This document shows, piece after piece, positions 24,501 through 36,639 of a stretch of 64,000 bases of DNA. The position numbers and the translations under genes were made by a program. Position 1 is the stretch's first letter. The number at the start of each line of letters is the position of its first letter. The stretch is taken from positions 393,617 to 457,616 of the forward strand of contig MNCI01001727.1 in NCBI GenBank assembly GCA_015680685.1, in the 5' to 3' direction. The stretch is from Gnetum montanum (taxonomy: Eukaryota > Plantae > Gnetophyta). The notes under the pieces are model-generated. The model was not told where the DNA came from. It saw nothing but the letters and a program-made list of their open reading frames with translations, and did no database searches.

Positions 24501-27500
24501 TAAAGAGCAAAGGTGAAAGAGGGTCCCCTTGTTGTAATCCCCTTCTAGGAGATGAGANTGAATACATAGTTTGATGAATTTTGGATCAAATCCTTTCTAC
24601 CTTATAATTTTGGTAAGCACCTCCCAACTGATCGTATCATATGCCTTTGCAATGTCTAACTTGAGACATAGCCCAGGGAATTTTGAGAGACGCAGGGAGT
24701 GAAGGAGTTCTTGCATGAAAAACACCTAGTCTTGCAGAGTCTGTCCCTGAACAAAACCCGTTTGGTTATCCCCGACAAGTTTGGGCATGATGGGGACCAA
24801 CCTCTGCACAAGCAACTTAGAGAAAATACAGCCTAACACATTGTACACCCCTATGGGTCGAAAGTGGGCTAGAGAGGAGGCATCCGTACGCTTGGGAATG
24901 CATACGATTCGGGAGCAATTAATTTCATGGCAGACCTACCTCTTTGTCAACATTAGATTAAAGGCATCAAGAATGTTGGGTTCCACAATATCAAAAAATA
25001 CCTTGAAGAATTCCAGACTTCAACCATCCGGCCCAAGGGCCTTCACTCCAAGCATAGCCCCAATAGTTGCTTTCAGCTCCTGCCAGGTAAAAGGAGTCAA
25101 CAGTCAAGCATTGTCTTCTTCTCCCATTACCTGTAGAACCTACACTGACATTGGCAATGTAGGCTGTTTTGCCCAAATCACTCCCTAATATGTTGTCAAC
25201 TCACAAGCAATGTCCTTTGGATCATCAATTAGGTCCCTCGTGTTAGTCTGCAACACATGTCATTGACTCCATCTACGGGATTTGGCTGTGGCAAAAAAGA
25301 ATTTTGTTTGCTTGTCTCCCTCCTTGAGCCATGTGACCCGCGATCTTTGCTTCTAGTAGATTGCTTCCTCTGAGTCAAGCGACTACAATTGCATCAGAAT
25401 GTCCTGCTCCTTGTCATGCAAGTCCTCCCCAACTTCTTATTGGTATTGCACTTGGGCCAATTTGGATCGAAGGGCTGTACAGCCCATCCGAAACAAGAAC
25501 TCCTCCTCCACAGGTAAGGATCTGATAGCCCACTTCAGACAGAGGAGCCCCTCCTGAAGAAAGTTCCTAGGATCTCCTTGGCCTGGCCGATAGTTTGTGT
25601 AGATGTCCTCCACCAATGGGCATAACCAGGGCTTGAGCAACCAAGCAGCCTCAAACCGAAATGACCAAGGGGCCCATTTCCTCGGAGGCCCAATACAACA
25701 AATGAGTGATCGGTGATCCAAGGCAACCTGCTCCCGTCCCATTACCCACACATCTAGTCTCCGAAGGAAGTCCGAGCTAATGCAAACACAATCAATTCTA
25801 GAGAGAACGTAGCCAGTGCCCTTCTGCCTGTTGCTCCAAGTGAATTGGCAATTTTTGATTGCCAGGTCTACCAGAGAGTAAGATGACAAGAAATTTTGAA
25901 ACTCCTGGGCTCCAGGGGGAGCAACCAGCATCAAATGTTTCCCAATAGTGGAGCCGCTAGTTGAAATCCCCAACAACGAGCTAGGCACAGCGATCTGACA
26001 CTAGCAATGCCACTCTCTCTAGTTCTAGCAGCCTCAACTCCCAATTTTGGGCCCCACAAAAGTTGGCCAACCACAAGCCCAAGGAGGGAATGTGGACAGT
26101 CTAGGCCCACTACAATGAGTCAACTAAAAGAGTTTTGAACCACGCCAAGATGGCCAAGCCACCCACTCGCCCCATGTAGGGCTGTAGGTGCACCTTCCAG
26201 CCTTCCCATTGAAGGTGGCCGACCTTCGTTGCCTACAATTTGGTCTCCTGAAGACATACAATGTCACAATCCTCAGTGCAAACAATCTACCGTAGGGTAT
26301 TTCTTTTATAGGGCACACCCTATCCCCTATAGTTCCACGAAAGGAGCTTCATGTGTGACCGGTCAAGCGGTACTGGTAGACCTCCCACAAGGTCTGTTGT
26401 AGTCCTAAGTCAATATTCCATTTTGTCTACTTATCCTACACCAGGCTTTCGAAGGGGCGGCCCGGTCAACCCCCCTCCGGTACCACCAAAGTACACCCGA
26501 GCTCCTCTCAGTGAGGGCAAGCCTCCTTGGGCTTTTGAGATCTTGTGCTCCCCTATATCACATTAACCCAATTGCCAAGAGGGAGAAGCTCAATGCCAGG
26601 CATGGTTGACTCAGCCAAGAATGGAAAGGCCAAGGAGACCAGAGGGGAGCAGGCGGCTTGCTCCTGCCACAGCAGGGAGGCTTGTGGGGAGGCCCACTGG
26701 GGGGGTGTCGAGGGCAACATCAGCACCTGTCCCTTACACCCAACAGCCATCCAACCCCCACCCACTCCAGCCTCACACATCTTAGCATGCATCGGCCTCG
26801 CTCCCCCACCACAAAATCAATAGTCGAGCTCACGATGTCTGTTCTTCCCCAAAGGAAGCAGCCTCTCCCTCAGGCAAGGGGGGTGCGCTTTCTCCACCAA
26901 TGGTTCAGTCTCCATATTTTCAAACTCTGCTTACAACTGTTCCTTGCCACTAGGGAGTTTGAGCACCACCTCCTTGATTAAGTCCTTCGGGGACAAGGCT
27001 CGCTAGACATAGAAATAGGCAAAACCCATCTGCTCCATCGACTATGTCACCTTATCATAAGTGATGAAATCTCCAAAAAAAAACCTTGCAATCCACCTAA
27101 GAAAATCCAAGCTCCACATCTCCCATGAAATCTTGGACACACGCACCCACACTGGTGCATGAGCAAACAAGTCCGGCTCTCTATGTGCTCCTAACTATCA
27201 AGGGGTCAGAGCTAGTCCTTTGGCTCCATAAAACAATGGTTCACCTTGAAGGACCGTATTGCGGTCTTCCTTTGTTGAAGAAATAAACAGAAGCAGGTCC
27301 TCGGAAAGGCTTCTCACATCCACCGCTCCAACTCCCCACACCTTCGTCCACCGCCGGATAAGGTCCATTCGGGGGCAAGGGCGAGCGCTAGATGACACAA
27401 AACATCCTATCAAACTATGTTCCATCGTTCGCACCCGCTCCTCCAGCGGTCCACTAACCCAAAGGCGCATGACACCGTCCGAGCACGAGCATTCTTCAAT

Positions 27501-27720
27501 GTCCCCATTCACTGTCGCAAAGCACACCCCCCTCCCACCTCAAAAAAAAAAAAACATTTCCCTCCATAGCATGTCTCTCAAGGCCATCCGCCTGCAAACT
27601 GGGTTGTGCACCTCCTCAAGGCTGCATGCAATGTTCATGTTCTCTGTTTGCATTGCACCCCTTTCCTCATTTGCACAATACCCATTATCTCCGCTCACTT
27701 TGCTCGAACCCACAATACCC
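21546..27720 (-). mobile_element. Near full-length L1-type LINE copy B (ORF1 DUF4283; ORF2 endonuclease-RT-zf-RVT plus extra C-terminal domain), decayed
   Basis: ORF1 27198-27527; endonuclease FTWSNRQ...SRIDCV...DHRSL and FRFEAAWL; RT LKLDIAKAYD and GLQQGDPLSPLLF; zf-RVT KMKVFLW...CGNEPETLLH; T7 tail at 21546-21552; probable TSD ATTCTGTAATGA (21533-21544) / ATTCTTTAATGA (27721-27732). Confidence 0.88.
21822..23233 (-). pseudogene. Extra C-terminal coding region of LINE B: accessory-ORF-like domain, coiled coil and His/Cys tail
   Basis: Same frame as WEAWKTKNHKVF; homologous peptides at 28835-29160 (+) and 12615-13372 (+). Confidence 0.75.
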
Positions 27721-29161
27721 ATTCTTTAATGATGCATTTTTATAGTATAGAGACTTTTACCCCTTTTACGGTTATTATCTACTGCTTACTGTTTTTCTGA
27801 TTCCATAAAATAACAATAATAATGATAAACAGTCACCTTTAGAAGTCTATTATCCGTCCTTTGTTTTTCTTTCTTTTCCTTTTCCTGTAAAGGATGTCAG
27901 AGACTGTCCATCCTCTGTTTCAAACTTTCAGCCTACGCAAATAGAAGACCCTTTTTTCACTGGTAATTTACTCCCTATGATTCTGCCTTTCAAACTAAAG
28001 AAAGTCCAGAAACTGAAATTTGCCTTGGGCTAACTAGAAAAAAGGGAAAGTTCTCATCGCCTCTATGGTCCCTCTGGCTATATCCAGGTACATGGCATCG
28101 GTAGCAGCCCCAGCACAGCAGGTTATCAACAAGATCAATCAAATCATCATGTGTTTTGTTTAGTCTGGCCAGAAAAGAGGTCATAAAATGTATCTTATTT
28201 GCTGGGAAAAGCTAGTGAAACCAAAATCTGTAGGAGGATTGGGAGTACCAAGGTTTGAGGATTCAGTTCTATTGGGTCATCACAATCTCACCAGAAGAAT
28301 TATGGATACCAATGCAAATGATGTTTCGTGAGTCACCATAGTTAAGCGGCAATGTAGGCTCTAGGGAGTGTTCCAATAATGATTCAACTTTCTGAAGGAA
28401 CGTCTACCAACAAGACTCTACACTACGCCATTTTGCCTCATCAGAACCAGCCAGCTCAAGGGATATTTTGTAGGGCAGTATGGAATCACTCAAGGATGGC
28501 ATGCGATTTGCAGACACCTCCTGGAAAAAATCAAGATGTTTTTATAGTTCTTTACCAACCGAGGCCTTTCACTATCATCATGGTCTTGAGCTTAACACCA
28601 GCTTCCCGTTGTGCAGTGCGGATGCCACTGAAATGTAATCCCATCATTTTTATCTCTGTCCTTCTGTTTTTCACATTTGGCAGGTTAGTGGTCTCAACTT
28701 GTCCCTCCCACTACATGGTGATAGCCTTGCTAATGCACTTCTATGGTCTATCAAGAAGACCAGGAATGTTGTCATTTTCAGAAGCGCTTTTGTTTCCCTG
28801 CTTTGCATTGTCATTACACATGCTAATTTCTTATGAAAGGAGGTCCTTGCAGCCATGGGACTGATGCTAACCTATGAACCGGACTGTGAACATTTTTAAA
28901 ACAACCAAAAGCCTTGGAGTATGGTGCATCAGGTTGGATGGGCTGAACTGTTGTTGTCGCTCAAGGGAGATGCCAATTTTCAGGATTTCATTTTCTTTAC
29001 TCACTGGGAAGATGAACATACCACTTTCAAAGGGGTACATATTTGCTTATCTAAAGAAGCTATTACCAAATATTTCATCATCCAAGCATTAGGGAGGTTA
29101 TTCTGCCATCAAACCAAGGCCTTCCAGATGCAACCCCTTTCTTACTAGGGCAAATCCCCAA

Positions 29162-29787
29162 TGTTGGAAAAATGAAGACAAATACATTAATTGTTGTATT
29201 TCCTTTTATGTTGCATTTGATGTCGGGATGTGTTTTATCCCACATGTATTAGGATTGGGGTTTGGTCCTCATGTTTCCTCATAAATAGGAGGCTTGGTGT
29301 TTTATCCCACATGTATTAGGATTGGTGTTTGGTCCTCATGTTTCTTCATAAATAAAAGGCGTGGGGTAGCCTTTAGCATGTGCTTTGAAGTGAAAGCATT
29401 GTATCAAGGTTTTACCTTGGAGACGTGAGTCTTGTTGGTGTTGATCTGAGATCTATTGGAATAACAGATTGGGTGTTCAGAAAAGTTACAAGGATGGCTT
29501 GTGTCCTGAAGATTTGAGAAGAATAGAAGGCAGATCAGCATTGTCGTGGAAATAGAGTAAAAAGGGCCCGAACCACATAACTTTCTATGTTTTTGTGCTA
29601 TTTTTACTGATTTCATTCTGCTTTCATTTTGTTATCACAGCAAATGTTTGCTATAGTGTTTCTTGACCTGCTACAGTGCAATATTTTGCCTCTAATGATT
29701 TATTCAGATCTGTAGGGTTCTAATAATTTCTCTAGAGCATTTGTAGTGTGTTTTCAAATCTAATTGTTTTCAGATTTGATTATAACA
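29162..29787 (+). repeat. Copia 5' LTR
   Basis: TGTTGG...TAACA followed by the PBS; roughly 4% substitutions against the 3' LTR by manual count, plus two indels. Confidence 0.9.
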
Positions 29788-29814
29788 ACTGGTATCGAAG
29801 CTAGATTTAAAGAG

Positions 29815-32800
29815 ATGGAGAGGCTGCAAACAACGGAAAAATTGGTAAGAAGGAACTGGAACATTTGGAGCATTTTGATGAAGGTTGTTTTAGCACAAAA
29901 GGAGTGCCAAGAGGCCCTAGAACCTCTCAACCAGCAGGAATGTCAAATGTTGATTGGAGGAAAATTAAGACTAGGGCATTATCTTTCATTCATCCAACCC
30001 TAAGCAATGGGATTTTGGCCTCAATCAAACCTGATATGGATCCGCCTAATCTGTGGCAAATGCTGAAGAATAGGTTTGACAAAGTATCAGGTTTGAATAC
30101 CTTTCACATTTATCAGAAAGTTTTTAGATGCAAGAAGAGATCTGATGTGTCTTTTCAAGATCATTTGGATGAGATGATGGGAAATCTGAATAAGTTGAAG
30201 GAATATAAAATTGTTATTCCAGATTTAATTAAATCCTATGCTTTGTTAGACTCCTTACCTGATTCCTGGTCTACAAATGTGATATCTATTACTACTTCTA
30301 TGAGTGTTTCATCTATGACATTTGAACAGGTTGTGTCTACCCTTCAGGATTTAGAAGAAAGAGTAGATGAATCTTCTAGATCTAGAAATGTTCATGTAGC
30401 AGAGAAAAGAGGTAGAAGTAGGAAACCTTTCCCAAGTAGGGGGAGAAGCACGGACAAAGGAGTATCACATGGCAGAACTCAAACTCAAGAGTGCTAGTAC
30501 TGCAAGAAGAAAGGTCATTTGAAGAAGGATTGCTTTCCATGGAAAGCACAGAAAAATGAGAAGAAGTCAAAAGAAGGAACATCAAAGGTACATGTAGCTG
30601 ATGAAACCGTTAGTTTTCTGATTCAAGAACAATGTACAATGGTGGCAGATGGATGTAGCAGTGACATCTGGTTGATTGACTCAGGTGCCTCCTTTCATAT
30701 TTGTCTAGATAAGTCTTGTTTTGCATCTTATCATAAAGTTGAATCTAGTTTTGTATATGCTGCTAATGGAAAAGCTTTAAAAGTTCTTGGAATTGAAAGT
30801 ATAAGTCTACAATAAGTAGGGATGCCAAAGGTGACAATAGATAACGTTAGACATGTTCCTGAAGTTACAAAGAAGTTGATTTCAATTCCACAGCTGGATG
30901 ATTCAGGTCTGAATTTTAGTAGTGGAGGTGGACATTGGAGGATTTCCAAGGAAATCATGACCATTCTGAAAGGAAAGGAGGGCAGCTTATATACATTGAT
31001 GGCAGATTCATGCAACTCTATTGCAACAGTTTCTGATACAGAAAATTCTGAAGTGTGGCATAGACATCTTGGACACATTGGCTGGTCAAGCTTAAAGGTA
31101 CTTCAAAATCAGACTATCATTCCTATATTTTCGTATGCTCAAACTGATTGCAAAGACTGTTTAGTTGGAAAATCTATGAGAGTAAATTTTCGTAGGAATT
31201 TGGACAGCAAAAAGAAAAATAAGTTAGAATTGGTTTATTCTGATGTTTGTGGTCCTATGACTCCCATTTCTCTTGGTGGATCTATTTATTTTGTGACTTT
31301 CATAGATGATTGTACAAGGAAGGTTTGGGTTTATATGTTGAAATCAAAAGATGAAGTGTTTTCAGTTTTCAAAACATTTGTTGCAAGAGTAGAGAATGAA
31401 ACAGGTTTGAAAATAAAATGTTTGCAAACTTATAATGGTGGGGAGTACACTTCTAAAGTATTTGCTGATTTTTGCAACATCAAAGGAATTAGGCACGTTC
31501 GTACCCCTCCTAGTACACCACAGGGAAATGGAGTTGCTAAAAGATGCAACAGAACATTGCTGGATCATACTAGAACAATGGTTTCAGGTGTAGGCCTACC
31601 TAAGATATTTTGGGGAGAGGCAGTTATGACTGCTGCATATTTGGTGAACAGGTCTCCACATTCTTCAATTGATAATGTTGTTTCAGAAGTTGTTTGGAAA
31701 GGTAAAAACGTTTCATACAGTCATTTAAGAGTTTTTGGATGTGAGGCATTTATGCATATTCTAAAGGAAAACAGAACTAAGTTGGAGGACATGGCTAAAA
31801 GTTGCATATTTGTTGAATATGGAGAAGATGAGTTAGGATTCAGACTTTGGGATCCTAAATTGAAATGTGTAGTGAGATCAAGGGACGTTAAATTCAGAGA
31901 AAATGTGATGTTTAGTGAGCTGCAAAAGAAAGACAAAGACAGAAATGGCTCAGAAAGCATAAAGACTCCTTTTAGCGTGACTAAAGAAATTGAAAATGAT
32001 GAAATTCATGGATTTTCCAGATCTGGAAACTTTGGATAACATGCTGAAAGTACATGGTAGCAAGCTAAGAACTTAGGATAGCAAAGAGAAAATGCAGGAC
32101 AGTAAGAAAATGAGGTAGAAGATGATGAACAACAAGCTACAGATGTGTCTCATTGGGTTAGAAGGTCAACCAAAACTACCAGACCTCCTGACAGGTACTC
32201 TCCCTCATTGAATTATGTACTTTACAACGATAGTGATGAACCAGAAACAGTGAAAGAAGCCATGACATGTGTTGATACCACAAAGTGGAAGGCAGCTATG
32301 AATGATGAATGGAAATCACTCCAACAGAACAAAACCTGGGAGCTAGTTTAATTGCCAAAAGGGAGAAAACCCTTGGAGTGTAGGTGGCTATATAGAATTA
32401 AATCAAAGGCAAATGGGGAAAAACGTTTAAAGGCTAGGTTGGTGGTGAAAGGCTATGCATAGAAACCAGGTATTGACTTTCAAGAAATTTTTTCTCCAGT
32501 AGTAAAACACTCTTCTATACTTTTAGTGCTATCATTGGTGGCTTGCATGGACTTAGAGTTGGAACAACTTGATATAAAAACAGCATTCCTCCATGGAGAT
32601 TTGAAGGAGGAAATTTACATGAAACAGCCAGAAGGGTATGAAGAACAGCAAGGTTCAGGTTTGGTTTGTAAACTAAAAAAGAGTTTATATGGTTTGAAAC
32701 AAGCCCCTAGGCAGTGGTATAAAAGGTTTAATACTTTCATGAAGAAGCTATCTTATCAGAAAAACAACCTACACCACTGTGTGTATTTTTTTGGAGATGT

Positions 32801-33794
32801 TTCAAGTAAATTTATAGTGTTGTTGTTGTATGTTGATGATATGCTAATTGCTGGAAATGATATAGCAAAGATAAAACGTTTAAAATTGGAAATGGGCAAA
32901 GAATTTGCTATGAAGGATTTGGGATAGGCAAAGAAAATTCTTGGTATAAATATTTATAGGGACAGAAAAAGGAAGAAGTTGTGGTTGAGTCAGGAAAATT
33001 ACATTGGAAAGGTTCTAAAGCATTTCAACATGGAGGATGCAAAACCTGTAAGTACACCTTTTTCAGCACAATTTAATTTATCAAAGAAGGACTGTCCAAA
33101 GTCAAAAGAGGATTTTGAAAAGGTTAAAAATATCCCATATACTTCTGTTGTTGGGTCATTGATGTATGCCATGGTTTGTACACATCCTAATATTGCTTAT
33201 GCTGTTGGAGTAGTTAGTAGATTTATGACCAACTATGGGTGGAATCACTGGTTAGCTGTCAAATGGATTTAAAAATATTTAAAGGGCACAAAAGCGCATT
33301 GCTTATGTTTTGGAGATGCTAATCTACACATTGAAGGTTTTGTAGATGCAAACTTTGCTGCTGATCATGATACAAGATGATCTTCTATAGGGTACACATT
33401 TATTTTTGGTGGTGCAACAATGAGTTGGTTGTCACGTCTACAACCACTAGTAACTTTATCTACAACTAAATCAGAGTACGTAGCTTTCATAGAAGCATGC
33501 AAGGAGATGTTATGGATGAAGAGATTTTTGCAATCTCTTGGATTAAAACAACAAAGGTATGCTGTGTTTTGTGATAGTTTGAGTGCAATCCATCTTGCAA
33601 AGAATTCTACCTTTCATGCTTGGACAAAACATATAGATGTATGATTCCACTTCATAAGAGAAATCATAGAGGATGGCTTGGTGCATGTTCAAAAGGTCCA
33701 TACAAAGCTCAACGTTGTTGATGCTTTAACAAAACCAATGATAGCTGAAAAACACATTCTCTGTAGGAAGAAGCTTGGGATAACTAAAGCTTAA
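29815..33794 (+). pseudogene. Copia gag-pol with multiple stops and frameshifts
   Basis: ORF pieces 29865-30497, 30519-30815, 30822-32039, 32145-32351, 32526-32927, 32979-33272, 33420-33644. Confidence 0.9.
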
Positions 33795-33847
33795 TCAGAA
33801 GTGCACATCTCTTAAAGGCTGGTTGGATTTGTCTTCAAGGGGGAGTT

Positions 33848-34459
33848 TGTTGGAAAAATGAAGACAAATACATTAATTGTTGTATTTCCTTTTATGTTGC
33901 ATTTGATGTCGGGATGTATTTTATCCCACATGTATTAGGATTGGGGTTTGGTCCTCATGTTTCCTCATAAATAGGAGGCTTGGTGTTTTATCCCACATAT
34001 ATTAGGATTGGGGTTTGGTACTCATGTTTCTTCATATATAGAAGGCTTGGGGTAGCCTTTTGAAGTGAAAGCATTGTATCAAGGTTTTACCTTGGAGACG
34101 TGAGTTTTGTTGGTGTTGATCTAAGACCTGTTGGAATAACAGATTGGGTGTTCGGAAAAGTTACAAGGACGGCTTGTGTCCTGAAGATTTGAGAAGAATA
34201 GAAGGCATATCAACATTGTCGTAGAAGTAGGGTAAAAAGGGCCCAAACCACATAACTCTCTGTGTTTTTGTGCTATTTTTACTGATTTCATTCTGCTTTC
34301 ATTTTGTTATCACAGCAAATGTTTGCTAGAGTTTAGAACGTTTTGAGAGTGATTTATAGTGTTTCTTGACTTGCTACAGCGCAATATTTTGCCTCTAATG
34401 ATTTATTCAGAGCTGTAGGGTTCTAATAATTTCTCTAGAGCATTTGTAGTGTGTTTTCA
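33848..34459 (+). repeat. Copia 3' LTR (truncated by the N gap)
   Basis: Direct repeat of 29162-29750. Confidence 0.9.
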
Positions 34460-36639
34460 NNNNNNNNNNNNNNNNNNNNNNNNNNNNNNNNNNNNNNNNN
34501 NNNNNNNNNNNNNNNNNNNNNNNNNNNNNNNNNNNNNNNNNNNNNNNNNNNNNNNNNNNNNNNNNNNNNNNNNNNNNNNNNNNNNNNNNNNNNNNNNNNN
34601 NNNNNNNNNNNNNNNNNNNNNNNNNNNNNNNNNNNNNNNNNNNNNNNNNNNNNNNNNNNNNNNNNNNNNNNNNNNNNNNNNNNNNNNNNNNNNNNNNNNN
34701 NNNNNNNNNNNNNNNNNNNNNNNNNNNNNNNNNNNNNNNNNNNNNNNNNNNNNNNNNNNNNNNNNNNNNNNNNNNNNNNNNNNNNNNNNNNNNNNNNNNN
34801 NNNNNNNNNNNNNNNNNNNNNNNNNNNNNNNNNNNNNNNNNNNNNNNNNNNNNNNNNNNNNNNNNNNNNNNNNNNNNNNNNNNNNNNNNNNNNNNNNNNN
34901 NNNNNNNNNNNNNNNNNNNNNNNNNNNNNNNNNNNNNNNNNNNNNNNNNNNNNNNNNNNNNNNNNNNNNNNNNNNNNNNNNNNNNNNNNNNNNNNNNNNN
35001 NNNNNNNNNNNNNNNNNNNNNNNNNNNNNNNNNNNNNNNNNNNNNNNNNNNNNNNNNNNNNNNNNNNNNNNNNNNNNNNNNNNNNNNNNNNNNNNNNNNN
35101 NNNNNNNNNNNNNNNNNNNNNNNNNNNNNNNNNNNNNNNNNNNNNNNNNNNNNNNNNNNNNNNNNNNNNNNNNNNNNNNNNNNNNNNNNNNNNNNNNNNN
35201 NNNNNNNNNNNNNNNNNNNNNNNNNNNNNNNNNNNNNNNNNNNNNNNNNNNNNNNNNNNNNNNNNNNNNNNNNNNNNNNNNNNNNNNNNNNNNNNNNNNN
35301 NNNNNNNNNNNNNNNNNNNNNNNNNNNNNNNNNNNNNNNNNNNNNNNNNNNNNNNNNNNNNNNNNNNNNTTCCTCACCCCTTTGTATCCAACTTGTAACT
35401 TATGCTATTTCCCTATAATATAATTTAGCAAACCATTTCCCAAAAATAAAAGAAAAAGAAATTGCCTTAGACTAAAAGAGATCATTGCAAATTCCCAACT
35501 CTGATGAGCTGTGTTGATAATTAAAGTTTCATATTTGCTCTAGGTCCTCATTTTCCCTTATACTCAGATTTTATTGCTAAAAATTCAGGCCCTACATTCA
35601 AAGGTTGTTTGCCAAATTTAGGATGCCTAAAATTGGAGAAAAACAATGGTTGATTTTCAGATGAGAAGCAAAGCTATGTAGCTCTCCCCATTGTATGATG
35701 TGAGCTATTTCTTATATGGCATTTAAAATGTCCTTGAGAGGCATAGTTAGCTTCCTTTAATTATATGTTAATGATGGTGGATCTTGGAAGCCTAGAAGCC
35801 TTCTTGGGCTTAGGTCTTATTGCATAATGAATGTTTTGTACATTTTGTCATAGTTAGATTTTCCTTTCATGCAAAATAAAGTATTATTTATTTATTCTTG
35901 CTTCAATATGCTAACCCATTTATTGATCAGCAATTATGCTCAGCTATTTATGCAATTATCTATATATTCTTGCTTCAACCATGTATGTTTATTTGCTTTT
36001 CATAAAATGAACCCATATGAATTATGATTAGAAGCCCTTTTGGCCCTAGGATAAGCAATTCAATTACATAGCACTTGAAGGTTTTCAATGATGTAGGTAC
36101 CATTCATAAATATGTACCCACCTCACATACAATCCCCAGCTACCTATCTTAAGGGTATGTCAAAGTGTAGTCCAAAAATGATGGTTGAGCAAAGCCTTAT
36201 TTGTATAGCCTAGAACCTAAAGATAACCCAACCCATGATCCAATGATTCTTCAAGTTGGATGGTACTTAATGTGGGAATGCAATGCCACATTGCATGGGC
36301 AAAGTCGTTGAAGCCTATATATTTTTGATACCCAACCATTGTTTGAAGCCTATTATAGATTAAATGATCTTGTTTGGTAAAAACATAGTAGAGAATTAGA
36401 ATTACATCCAAACACATCTGTTGGTGCTACTTCTAAAACAAAACTTGTAACAAGTGAGCCACATAAATGTTTGGTATTTTTTAATTTCCTTATGATGGGA
36501 AGTGTTAGCCATCACCCTTGGTTATGCTAGTCCTTAAAGTATCATAATACTACTAAAGATAGATTATATGCAATTGATGCATCAATACTTAAAATTAAGA
36601 AAAGTAGGAAGGCCTCATCTCATGGACAACCTGTTTGAG

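Larger units (their letters stand above)
29162..34459 (+). mobile_element. Ty1/Copia LTR retrotransposon (Tork/Tnt1-like), decayed; 3' LTR runs into the gap
   Basis: LTRs 29162-29787 and 33848-34459+; PBS TGGTATCGAAGC (tRNA-iMet-like) at 29790; PPT AAGGGGGAGTT; gag knuckle C*YCKKKGHLKKDC, protease WLIDSGASFH, WHRHLGH, INT, RT (LLYVDDMLI), RH. Confidence 0.93.
28027..35457 (+). mobile_element. 5'-truncated LINE copy C, interrupted by a Copia element and an assembly gap
   Basis: WEKLVKPKSVGGLG (~28203); zf-RVT EKIKMFL...PLCS...HHFYLCP; WSIKKTRNVVIF; then the extra domain up to the Copia insertion at 29162; A-rich tail at ~35442-35460; tentative TSD GAAAT(T)TGCCTT. Confidence 0.75.

Noticed and set aside
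34449-35423. Long X-rich ORFs
   Set aside because: Translation of a 910-N assembly gap.
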